From: Octopus vulgaris
Taxonomy: Eukaryota
Direction: 5' to 3'
Assembly (NCBI GenBank): GCA_951406725.2
Contig: OX597818.1
Coordinates: 4,092,001-4,156,000 of the forward strand
DNA length: 64,000 nt
Of this stretch, positions 1 to 12,119 are shown one piece after another. Below the pieces are notes generated by a model, which saw only the letters and a program-made list of their open reading frames with translations, made no database searches and was not told the DNA's origin. The position numbers were made by a program, and so were the translations under genes. The first letter of the stretch is position 1. Each line of letters opens with the position of its first letter.

Positions 1-429
1 AGGCATACTCGTTGTTTGTTTATCACTGGAACAAATTACGGTGGTTAACGTAAATACTTTATTGTCGTATTTACATCAGCCTGCGAAATTGATTTAAAAA
101 TTAATATTTTAAAACATTTTATTGCCACAGTTATTACTATTAGGCGTGTAGAATATTTCGACCAGCTTTTGCAATGTGTCAATATGTTTATTTAGCTTCA
201 TATTTGTTAATTTAATTGTGACCTCGTTCAGAGGATTGGGTGTCGTAAGGCAACAAGTCCAACTTTCGATATCGCAATTATCGTTTCCACCTCCAGGACG
301 AAGAAATTTCAATGAGAAGTATTTTCAATGAGAAGAGAAAGAAATACACAATGTATTAAAAATATTACACTTAGTCTATTGTCCATGTTAAATTTTTACA
401 AATCGGAATCTAGTTAATAATTTCATAAC

Positions 430-1165
430 GTAAGAAACAGCGCATAACTTCCGTAAGTTATGTGACTTGCCGGAAGCATTAGCTTCGGGCTGTGGAATAA
501 TTAAGAACTTCTTTTGGTAATAATCATTGTAATAAAATTAAGTACTTGGTTAGAAAGATAATTTTAACTATCATTTTCATTTGTCTATGAATTATGCCGA
601 TAATGATACAGACATCCTATTAATGGTTTAAAGAAAGTTACTAATTAGACTGAGATTAGTAGATCTATTAGTGATTTAGAGAGAGGGATATGACTGGAGA
701 GAGATAGAGAGAGAGACTAGAAGATCATTAAATAGTGAGCGATAGATAGAGAGAAGGGGAGGGAAAAAGATATGATATAAGTGTGAGAAGGGGAGAGAAA
801 CTATAAGTGAGAGAAGGAGAGAGAAAGAGAAGCTATAAGTGAGAGAAGGGGGGAGTAAATGTTGTATTAGTGCGGTAAAGAGAGCGAGAAGGAGAGATTG
901 GTTTTTTTTTTCCTCCCACCCCAAGAGTAACCGCCATTTTTGCTGAAAGCTGGACCCTTATGCTGCTATACTCTACAATAATAGTTGAGTATACTAAAGT
1001 ATTCGACGTTTCTGCTGCTGCCACTCTTATTAAAGGAGGGCACAACTACTTAAAATTCTATTCAAAACAGAACATCTTCTATATTAAAATTCTTTAAAGT
1101 TAACAGTTATTGTTACTTAAAGACTAATTCATGGCTGGAGCCTTTGACCCAGAAGACAAGAACAG
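430..1165. promoter_or_regulatory. Promoter-like island with possible first exons of unidentified genes
   Basis: ETS-like CCGGAAG near 470, YY1-like CCGCCATTTT at 931-940, and plus-strand ATGGCTGGAGCC...AACAG|gtaggt at 1131-1165. Also a minus-strand acceptor ttcgcag| at 81. Confidence 0.3.
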
Positions 1166-3479
1166 GTAGGTTGTAAGAGAATGAAGTTATTGTTGGACAA
1201 CCTAAGAATATTTTTCTTTAACTGTTGATGATTTTAGTTGTCAATCAGCCACCATTCTATATATATGTATATGTATATACACATACATATTTTACCATCC
1301 GTTTATGATAAAACTTCCATTAGGAATAACTTGTTGGAACTTTTATTGACAACTTCTCAAAATACTCCTGAAAAACTATTTTCGTCTTGTCACACTTGCC
1401 ATAACACGATCATTTATTTTCCCATCTATTTAATGTGTTTTATTAATAACTTTTGTTGCTGTTCTCGTGAAAATGTTTCGTGTTTCTATTGTAAATGTTT
1501 ATTCTTTTTCCGTTTACATACTTAATTTTGTTTCGTATATATAAATAAATGCCCACAATTTTGACATATACTTGGACATAAGAACTAGTCTGACACTTCT
1601 TGAGTAAACTGACTTCGTTTATGTATTAAAGAAATGTTTAGTTATTGGAGGAGGGGCATTTGTAGATCAATGTCTGGTGAGACTTGTGTGGAGGAATGTA
1701 CGGTGTGTTGAACGTTAAAATCTGGGGAATTATGAGAGGTGTGTGGACTGGGGGAATGGTCAAGTGGTTTTCAAGAGGTATTGTCATTGTAGAAGATGTT
1801 AAGAGAAGAAATGTCCGTGAATTTATGAATGAATGTTTGCAAACCATGTTAGTTTTTATTTGCATGTTTGTGTATATGTGATAGCTATATGGGAATTACT
1901 ACTGAATCTACTGAGCTTTTAAAGCGGGTTTAAGTTGTCCCTGAAGAAAAGAAGGCTCACCTTCTTTTGTTGAAAATGTAGCAATGTGGAGGGCTGTACC
2001 ATTTATGCTGAAATGTGGAGTTAGAATTAGCTAATGGAATTATTAATATACAAAGAAAACTGTAGGGCATAAGTGAACTCTAAAGAGAACTCTCAAGTAA
2101 AAGAATGTAGATTTGAGGGGAACTTCATCAACGTAGTCTGCGAACATGGTTTCAGATGAAAAAAAAACTGATTGAGGTTTTAGATGAGTAACAGGGAAGT
2201 TCCTATACGAGATATGGATGGTTTTGCTGCTGTCAGTGACATTTGTTTTCACCATTCTCAATAATATTTGAGTGTTGGAAGTGAAATGAGTGACCAGTTT
2301 GTTTCCTGGTCAATGAGGCGATAGTGTGTAGTTAGGCTCTGACACTTAAAAATCGTCACGCGTTTCCAGATATTCCTAACTCTAGTACACACTGAGATTA
2401 ATAAGAACTTGGGTTGGAAGTACTAGGAGGCAAAACTACATATTTTCTGGACGAAATTATTTGTTCTGTGAATGGAAATATATTGTACCTGATTTAGAAT
2501 TGAGCAAAAGAAATGCGAATCCAATTAGTCAGGTGTTAATAGTTGTTTCCCTTAGATTCCAGTTATTAAAGGTGAGGTCATCGATTCAGATAATTGATCT
2601 TTTTTTTTTTTTTTTTAACATAACACCCGTCTTTATTTGTGGTCAGGATGATGATAAATTCTGATTGTTGTTTAACTCCAGATCAGTACTATTCGTGAAA
2701 TGAAAGGCTCAAGTCCAGCTTGTACGAATTTGCAGAATCACTTTGTGTAATGTATCCTTCGTTCCATAAAGCACTAGGGTGTGATTTGAGGGAATTTTGG
2801 TTGTTATATCTAACATCTTTAGTGACCATTTAGAGAGTTCTTTGTCTCCTGATTATTTAAGTAACTGAAAGAGTCTCTTTTTCCCGGATATTAATATAAA
2901 ACACCAATCTTCATTGAATAATCTTAAACACAAACGGAAACAATTCGAAAAATGGAAATCATATCGTGAAAGAGAAAAACGTTAATTCACACGGTTTACT
3001 TCTCCGTTTCTTTAAACAGGAGTTATCTCTCGATACATTTCAAGTTGGTTTCCATATTTATTGACCCTATGTAATTTTTTTTATTTATGGTTGTTCCTCA
3101 AATCCAAAGATGACCAGTTTTAGAAAGGCAACTATGATTAAGCTTTATTTTGTATGAAAGATAACATTATGAAAACAAAGATGACACTTAGAATATAAAC
3201 CGAGCAAGGTTATAAAATAAAGATATGTCAATAGTAGTAATGTAATTTATAGAGACAGTGTTGCAAATAGTCTGGTACTAGTGGCAGTAAGTAAAGAATT
3301 AGGAGCTAGTCGTTACACTGTAGTTTGATATTCACAATAAATATTACTTCAAATCATGTGGATACCTCCTTGTGATTATAGTTTTCAGTAACCAACTTTA
3401 CTCAGTACAATCTTGTAAGTAGTAGAACAGGAGGGACATGTCTTGTTTAGGTTGATTAGGCCACTCAAGCATAGGGTTT

Positions 3480-4200
3480 CTGGAGGTGTGTATTCTGATA
3501 CTTGACTTCCATCTGTTCCAACATGAGGATGGGAGCCACCATTTCAGAATGAGTTGACATAAGTTTACTTACCAGGCATTCTATGGTCTCTTTGTTGTTT
3601 TGTAGCTTAATGGTGGCAGGCATAAGTATTCAGGGCTTGCTTCTAATTGCTTGATCTAACTTGATCATATGTACCATCTCATCAGAATAATTTCTGGTGA
3701 CATTAACTGTATCAGCACCAGGCAACTCTCAGACCCTCCTATAATTTCAAAACTTCTTTTAATGTGTTTTTACTTCTTTTTTTTTCTGGATACTCAGTCA
3801 CACACAGTCTACTTTTTGGTTCTTTTTTGACACTCTGGAAAACTCGTGGGAGAATCAGCTGATAGAAGGTTTGGGCCTTTCATATTTTGTATCTTTCAGC
3901 TTAGCCATGCCATGGGGATAAAAGGAAGTTGTTTCGTTACTGCCGGTGATGCCATATTTCTGCAGAAAAGTTAATTCCTCTGATATGAACAATGATCCCT
4001 GATCATAATGAATATGAGCAGCTACTCCAACTACACTGAACAACTTATGATCTTAGCTATCATTTTGGGACAGGGTGTACATGAATGGTAAACAACAATA
4101 TTCATCAATTGCTGTTAAAATGTAATAGCTTTTATTAGCCATTCAAGCAATATATTGATGGCATAACAAATTGAGCAGATCTGCTCACTAAAATTGAGCA
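3480..4200 (-). mobile_element. Degraded Gypsy-like LTR retrotransposon integrase remnant
   Basis: ORF 3855-4043 HIHYDQGSLFISEELTFLQKYGI...TTSFYPHG resembles the integrase core IHSDxGxxFxS...TTxYxPQGNG. Confidence 0.5.
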
Positions 4201-4459
4201 GATTTGTTGTGGTGCAGTTCATTCAGTTTTACATCAATTTTTCACATTCTAGCATGGGTTACAGAAATATATTACACTGGCATTGCTTTATAGTTGGATG
4301 CTTTCCCTGTGGCTAACCCATGCCTTGTTCTCAAGTGATCTCTTATGCCACATATCTTTCAAGGCACAAAACTGGCAGGTGATTTGTTGATAGGGGAAAT
4401 TACATCACTTCTTGCAGCATTTTGATTTTAGAAGAAATGCAAATATAAACACACACACA

Positions 4460-4625
4460 TACACAGCAGGCTTCTTTTAGTTTAAAGCTACCGAATCCAT
4501 GCACAACTTTTTGATTAGCCTGGGGGCCAAAAACGAAGACACTTGCAAAAAGTGCCGTACAGTGGGACTGAATCCAAAACCCTGTGGTTGGCAGGTAAAT
4601 TTCTTAATGACATAGTTATGTCTGT
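4460..4625 (-). mobile_element. tRNA-derived SINE head/core (degraded)
   Basis: Reverse complement of the ggttcagtcccactg...gcaagtgtctt head also seen at 5455, 10800 and 26700. Confidence 0.6.
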
Positions 4626-5449
4626 ATCTTAGACAGTATATCAGCTGCACAATTCAGTGCAGCTGGGCAATATTGTCATAAAAAAAGGGCACTCCTGCTT
4701 TCTAGCACATAGCCCTTTGCAGAGAATGTCAATGATCATGTGCTTCTTAGTGGGTGAGTGTTTGTGTTCATGGTATGTATATGTCCATGAGAGCAATGCA
4801 ACTGGTCACCTGGCCACACTAGTGTGGTATGTCTGCTTCAATGGTGAATATGCAATTATCGAATTGCTGCGATAAAAGTTTTCAATACCATTTTCTTTCA
4901 TGTTATGAAGGCTGCCAGTACTGGGGTATCAAACAGGAATTCTTGTTCATTTTACACAAGAATTGTTATATCCACTGTAAATTACTTGAAAACCTCCATA
5001 TTACAGGTGAAGGGAAACCATATCCTCTGCAGCTGGTGTGTTCAACAGTAATTGCTGGTGTTTGGAGTCAGGTTGATAGATGCTTGATTTAATGGGCATT
5101 TATTATTGTTTAGTATCAAATTTATTCTTTTGCTGACTTCTAAGAACTGGTTTGAATTTGTATTATGTTTGGTCTGCATTCTTCTGCAGACAATAACAAT
5201 ATTAATGTATAAAAATGCATCTTTAACATTGGCATTTTTGTCGATCTGGTCTATAACTCTGTAAAGCTGCCACTCCTAATGATGCCTTGCTGAATTGGCA
5301 GGACTTGCTGCAAGTTTTGAAAGCTGCAAAGGGCTTTTATATGGATTTAGTGGGAAATACTTCACAGACTCTGTGTACTAAATACTTTGTATTTTGCAAT
5401 CTTTTCCATTATTTCATTGATACTCGAAAATGGAGAGTAGTCAGTAACC

Positions 5450-5850
5450 ATGGTCGATGTGTTGCTTAAGAAGTTAGCTTCCCAACCACATGGTTTCAGG
5501 TTCAGTGCCACTGTATGGTATCTTGATCAAGTGCCGTAAACTATAGCACCAGGCTGACCAGAGGCTTGTGAATAGATTTGATTGATGGAATCTGAAAGAA
5601 GTTCATGCATGTGTGTGTGTGTATATATATATATATATAAATATATACATGTGTGCTTTTGTTTTCTTGTATTACATCATGTGATAGCTGTAAATGAGTG
5701 TCACTGCCATACAAGAAGTGTAATTCATTTTCAGTATTCTGTAAAAGTATCTGGCCAAAGAGAAATATATGGTGAGGGTTAGTGACAAAAAGGACATCCA
5801 ACTATACAAAATCTGCCTTCACCTTTGATCCATGCAATCTTGGGAAAGTG
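5450..5850 (+). mobile_element. tRNA-derived SINE with RTE-like 3' tail
   Basis: B-box-like ggttcagtgcc head, internal (TG)n(TA)n, and a tail ggttagtgacaaaaaggacatccaactatacaaaatctgcc resembling the RTE terminal module. Confidence 0.6.
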
Positions 5851-6375
5851 ATTCTTAAGTTTTTTACCTCTGGTGATTAGCACTTTAGCTCTCTTAGGAG
5901 ACTTGCTGGGCTCATCATTGCTATGTTATTGCCTTCAGCTAACTTCTGAATGTATGAAGCAGAAGTCTGTCTTACTATGTTACTGGACTTGGCAGCAACA
6001 GGCTTCTAGATCAGAAGGAAATTGTTAAATATCACAGTACAGGACTTTTAATAGTTAGGTCACATACTGTAAGTGGGTGGGTAGCGTGGAGTGCCATGAA
6101 ACTTAGTTAACGTTCATATGTTGTTTTAGGATATTATGTCTATACACAATTCTTTTGTTACAATCAGTTCAACCTTTTGGTATTTATCAGAACAAAAAGA
6201 AACATCTGATAATTGAGAATTGAAAACTGTAGAGTGGTAGTTACCATGGAAATTATTGTTAAGTGAATGACTGCCAAAACTTCAAAACTCATAGAACATT
6301 TTTAACTTAGTCTTTGTTTTGAGAAGACAGTTTCTTAGGTTGAGGGAAGACATAGTTGGTATAAGAGGCTACTGT

Positions 6376-9300
6376 CATCATCATCATTTTTTAACGTTCG
6401 CTTTCTGTGCTGGCATGTGTTGGATAGTTTGACCAAGGGCTGGGAAGCCAGAAGGCTGCACGAGGCTCCAATCTGATCTGGCAAAGTTTCTACTTCTGGA
6501 TGCCCTTCCTAACGCCAACCACTCCAAGAGTGTATTGGGTGCTTTTTATGTACCACTGGCACAAAGGCTAGTCAGGCAGTACTAGCATCAGCCATGCTCG
6601 AATGGTGCTTTTTATGTGCCATGGGCATGGGACCAGTCAGCCGGCACTGGCATCAACCACGCTTGAATGATGTTTTTTACGTACCACCGGCATGGGAGCT
6701 AGTCAGGTATCACTGGCAACAACCACACTGGAATGGTGCTTTTTACGGGCCACTAACCCAGGACTAGTCAGGCAGCATTGGCATCAACTATGCCCAAATG
6801 GTGCTTTTTACGTGCCACCGGCACAGGTACCAACCAGGTGGTACTGTTATCAGACACGACAATGACTTGACTTGACTCAGCAGGTCTTCGCAAGTGCAGT
6901 TTATTCCCCAATCATTGAAGGGTCCTCTTAAATGGGCTGGTTATGCTGCACTGGCATACGTCATGGTTACGGTCTCAGTTTGCCGTGTTTTCTCAAGCAC
7001 AGCATATCTCCAAAAGTCTGTCACTTGTCATCGCCCCTGTGAAGCCAACATTTAAAGGTCGTGCTTCACCACCTCATCCCAGGTCTTCTTGGGTCTACCT
7101 CTTCCACAGGTTCCCTCTACTGCTAGGATGTGACACTTTTTCACACAGCTGTCCTCATCCATACGCAGCACATGACCATACCAACGCAGTCATCTCTCTT
7201 GCACACCACATCTGATGCTTCTTAAGTCCAACTTTTCTCTCAGGGCACTTTCACTCTGTCGTGTATGCACATTGATATTACACATCCAACAGAGCATACT
7301 AACTTCATTCCTTGCAAGCTTTCACATGTCCTCACTACAATGTAACATAGCTGTTCGCACACATGCGTCATAGTCTACCTTTTATTTTGAGCAAGAAGCC
7401 CTTTTGTCACCAGCAGAGGTAGGAGCTCTTTGAACTTTGCCCAGGCTATTCTTATTCTAGCAGCTACACTCTCAGAGCATCCTCCCTCGCTACTGACTTG
7501 GTCACATAGGTAACAGAAGCTTTGTAGTTTTTCCCCTGGCATGTGATGGAAGCTGTTTTCTGCACGTTTTCAGTGTTTACTGCCCTTGAGCATTTGTCAC
7601 ACACAAAAAATATCTCCCCAGTTAGCCTTCCTTTGATATTGCTGCATCTATGTGTCCAGAGCTTACACTGGGTACATCTTAAGGAGTTTCTACCTATGAC
7701 TTTTCTACAGATCATTTACCTGAAGGGATTTGTGATTTGTCTGCCTTCGTACTTATTGTGACTTTAATTTTTGCTAGATTGACTCTAGAGCCCTTCAATT
7801 CTAGACCTTGTTTTCACACCTGAAACTTCTCTAGTTCTGATAGCAACTCAGCTATTAGAGCAAGGTCATCAACATAGAGAAGCTCCCAAGGGCATCCTGT
7901 CTTGATTTCCTCTGTTATTGTCTGGTGGACTATGATAAGAGGGGGCTGAGGAGTGATCGTTGGTGGACCCCTACCCCTATCTGAAATTCTTCACTATACT
8001 CATTACCAACCCTCGCTTTACTGACAGCATCCCTGTACATGGCTTGTGCTCTTACTAGCCACTCATATATCCCTAGTTTCCACATTCACCACCAGATAAG
8101 GGATCGGGGGACCCTGCCAAAGACTTTCTCCATGTCAATGAAAGCCAGATACAGAGGTTTATCTTTGGCTAAGTACTTCTCCTGTAGCTGTCTTACCAGA
8201 AATATAGCATCAATGGTGTTTTTCCCTGGCACAAACCTAAACTGCATCTCGTCTAAACTATCTTTCTCCTGAATTAGTTTGTAATACTAACTCCAATAAA
8301 CCTGCCAGTTACCTATTCACCTATCTGGTGGACACACTAGACAAATTAACTACATCCTTGCCAGGAAAAGGGAAAGATGCCAAAACCTTCCCAGGTGAAG
8401 AATGCACCCCTCAACATAGATTAGTCATTAGCAACTTCAGGAACAGGGCTAAATGGATGTCCAGCAGACGACCAGCATGGAGAAGGGTCTGGAATTAGTT
8501 GGGCTATGACCCTCGCCATGACTTTCATTACCTGATCCAATAACTTGATACATCATCATCATCATCATTTAACGTCTGCTTTCCATGCTAGCATGGGTTG
8601 GACGGTTCAACTGGGGTCTGGGGAGCCCGAAGGCTGCACCAGGCCAGTCAGATCTGGCAGTGTTTCTACAGCTGGATGCCCTTCCTAACGCCAACCACTC
8701 CGAGAGTGTAGTGGGTGATTTTATGTGCCACCGACACAGGTGCCAGACGAGGCTGGCGAACGGCCACGCTCGGATGGTGTTTTTATGTGCCACCGACACA
8801 GGTGCCAGACGAGGCTGGCGAACGGCCACGCTCAGATGGTGTTTTTATGTGCCACCGACACAGGTGCCAGACGAGGCTGACGAACGGCCACAATCGGATG
8901 GTGTTTCTTACGTGCCCACAGCACGGAGGCCAGTCGATGCGGTACTGGCTACGGCCACGTTCGGACGGTTTTCTTGTGTGCCACCGGCACTGGTACCGCA
9001 AAGATACAAATTCCATTGATGTTCATCTATTTTGATTTGATTTGATTTTCACTTGCCTCAACAGGTCTTCACAAGTGTCACAAGAAGGAAGGAAGGTATG
9101 CACAGGTGAACTGACAACGTCCCAGGTAGGGGCCACGGGTTATGGCCTGACTAGTCTTGCCGGGTCTTCGGATGATGTTTTTATGTGTCTCCGACACAGG
9201 TGCCAGATGGATGGTGTTTGTTACGTGCCCACAGCACGGAGGCCAGTCGATGCGGTACTGGCTACGGCCACGTTCGGATGGTTTTCTTGTGTGCCACCGG

Positions 9301-10565
9301 CACTGGTACCACAAAGATACAAATTCCATTGATGTTCATCTATTTTGATTTGATTTGATTTGATTTGATCACTTGTCTCAACAGGTCTTCACAAGTGTCA
9401 CAAGAAGGAAGGTATGCACAGGTGGACTGACTACGTCCCAGGTAGAGGCCACGGGTTATGGCCTGACTAGTCTTGCCGCTGTAATTATTCATACCTAATG
9501 CATTGCCTTTACTTTTGTTAGCAGTTGACTATGGTACTACTACCCCAGTCATTGGGTATGACTCCATCATGAATTACCTGGTTTACAATGTGGGTGACTT
9601 GACTATAGCTGGCACCGCCAGATATTTTAAGCATCTCTGTGGTGATTCCTGATGGGCTGGAGGCTTTCCCTGTCATCATACCCTTAATTGCTTTATCTGC
9701 CAAGGTACTGTCAATTCGGATAGCTGGTCCCTCTGTTGAGTCAACATTCAGCAGACTCTCTTTCTCCTATTCCTTCTCTTCATTTAGCAACCTCATTAAA
9801 TGCACGTGAGCCATCATCCATGCGGACACATTTCTCTCCTATGACATCACAATTTTCTCTCACACCCTGTCTTGCAATATGAAACACTTCGTCTTTGGTC
9901 TTCACAACACATGACATTGGCAAATTTTTTCTTATCTGCTTCCCCTCTGGCTAAGTAAACCTGTCTCCAAGCTTCCCTTCTGGCAATCTGATACATTTCC
10001 CTTCTACCACCGTTATTCCAGTCCTTCCATACCTGTTTCTTTTCCTTAATGGCCCTGTCAACTACATTGTTCCACCACCACATTATCTTGGGTCGAGAGG
10101 GGACTTTGCACCATCCTCAGATCTGGTCAGTAACCCTCAACAGGTTATCCCATAGGAACCTCCAGTTGTCTTCTACATTATGTGTAGCTATATCATCTAT
10201 TTTGTCAAAAGCTTCGAGTAATACCTCTCTAAATCTCTGTCCATTTGCAGGATCCTTAAGCTTCCAGACCCTTCTCCATGCTGGTCGTCTGCTGGGCATC
10301 CATTTAGTCCTGTTCCTGAAGTTGACTAATCTATGTTGAGGGGTGCATTCTTCACCTGGGAAGGTTTTGGCATCTCTCCCTTTTCCTGGCAAGGATGTAG
10401 TTAATTTGTCTAGTGTGTCCACCAGATAGGTGAATAGGTAACTGGCAGGTTTATTGAAGTTAGTATTACAAACCATAAGCTCGCTTGCATCGCAGAACTC
10501 CAGCAGCCTGGTTCCATCCCCATTGCAGGAACCAAAACCATAGCCTCTATGTACACCATGGAATG
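6376..10565 (-). mobile_element. RTE LINE, degraded, interrupted by two insertions (8280-8491 and 8551-9478)
   Basis: (CAT)n tail and 3' UTR at 6376-6960; RT/PHD remnants 7000-8270; EN-region remnants to 10565 (GTRLLEFCDASELMVCNTNF). Sequence is continuous across the insertions (ttgatac|ctgtaatt). Confidence 0.9.
8551..9478 (-). mobile_element. RTE 3' UTR-only insertion with ~310-bp internal tandem duplication
   Basis: (CAT)n tail and ~60-bp modules; 8896-9165 is repeated at 9209-9478. Confidence 0.85.
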
Positions 10566-10574
10566 TTTGTTTGT

Positions 10575-10915
10575 ATGTATATAATCTTGTTTCAGTCATT
10601 GGACAGCAGCTATGCTGGGGCATTACCTTGAAGGGTTTTAGTTGAATAACTTGACCCAAGTACTTATTTTTTAAAGTGCTTGGTACTTGCTCTGTTGGTC
10701 TCTTTTGTCAAACTACTACATTATTGGGATGTAAACAAACACCTGTTGTCAAGCTGTGGTGGGGGGCAAACACACACACACACACACACATATATATATC
10801 TCAGTTTTTGTCTACCAGCTCCACTCACAAGTCTATAGTAGACACCATAGTAGACAGATGCTATGCAGTGGAACTGAACCCAGAATCACCATGTGGTTGC
10901 AAAGCAAATTTCATG
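10575..10915 (-). mobile_element. tRNA-derived SINE with CR1-like 3' tail
   Basis: Head as at 26700-26865. Tail gtttcagtc...atgctggggcattacc matches the CR1 3' end at 30974-31010. Confidence 0.65.
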
Positions 10916-10924
10916 TCACATTTA

Positions 10925-10964
<40 letters not shown>

Positions 10965-10967
<3 letters not shown>

Positions 10968-11692
10968 TCATCATCATTTAGCCTCCGTTTTCCATGCTAG
11001 CATGGGTTGGACGGTTCAACTGGGGTCTGTGAAGCCGGAAGGCTTCATCAGGCCCAGTCAGATCTGGCAATGTTTCTATGGCTGGATGTCCTTCCTAACG
11101 CCAACCACTCCGTGAGTGTAGTGGGTGCTTTTTACGTGCCACCCGCACAGGTGCCAGACAGGGCTGGCAAACGGCCACGAACGGATGGTGCTTTTACGTG
11201 CCACTGGCACGGGGGCCAGGCGAGGCTGACAACGGACACGAACGGATGGTGCTTTTACGTGCCACCGGCACGGGGGCCAGACGGAGCAGCGCCGGCAACG
11301 ACCACGATCGGATGGTTCGCTAAACCACAGCTGCATTTTCCACTGATGTTGATCGACCTCAATTTTGGTTCTGCTTTCTGATATCTGATTTGATTTGGTT
11401 TGATTTTGATTTTGACTGTTCTCACTGGTCTTGCCGGGTCTTCTCACGCACAGCATATTTCCATAGGTCTCGGTCTCTAATCATTTCCTTGGTGAGACCT
11501 AAAGTTCGAAGGTCATGCTTCACCACCTCGTCCCAGGTTTTCCATACCAGCGCAGTCGTCTCTGTTGCACACCACAACTGATGCTTCTTAGGTCTAACTT
11601 TTCTCTCAAGGTACTTACACTCTGTCGACTATGAACACTGACATTACACATCCAACGGAGCATACTAGCTTCATTTCTTGCGAGCTTACGCA
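10965..11692 (-). mobile_element. RTE LINE 3' fragment
   Basis: (CAT)n tail abutting (TA)n, 3' UTR modules, and ORF end [18 protein letters not shown]. Confidence 0.9.
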
Positions 11693-12119
11693 AATCCAGA
11701 AAATGGAAAAAACTTTTGATCAACAAACAAATAGAACCACATCGGTTCACCGCAACTTTCTCTCTTTCTTCTGTTGGCCTACCTGCTTAGCCAACGGGTT
11801 GGCATCATTTCAAGGCTAAAACAATGTGAAGTGCATTGTGACCAGCGATGTGTAGCAACATCTGATAGCCTGGTCGGTCATGTGATATATATGTGTATAT
11901 ATTTGTGTGTGTGTGTGTGTATATATATATGTATGTATGTATGTATGTATTAGAAAAAATAAGGTCCTCAGATATCTAGATGGTTGTACATTTACAGATT
12001 TTATTAATGTCACATGTTTTTATAAATCATATTAGCGCTTCCATCTACTCTAGTAGATTCTTCATAAGTTCTGCATTCTAACCACTGAGCTATGCGCCAT
12101 TTATTTTATTTTATTTCAT

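Noticed and set aside
1936-1985. Hammerhead-like CTGAAGA-hairpin-GAAA
   Set aside because: Extra nucleotides before GAAA and no helix I or III; at most a decayed relic.
8700-9000. Regular ~60-bp repeats resembling a CRISPR array
   Set aside because: No unique spacers, no cas genes and a eukaryotic context; these are RTE 3' UTR modules.
8585-9348. Recurrent ORFs such as MLAWVGRF...[13 protein letters not shown]
   Set aside because: Antisense translations of the GC-rich RTE 3' UTR; frames are not conserved between copies.
12032-12070. Minus-strand hammerhead-like motif (similar relics at 26495-26550 and 52337-52380)
   Set aside because: Core is mutated (CTTATGA, or GAAA missing) and the helices are incomplete.
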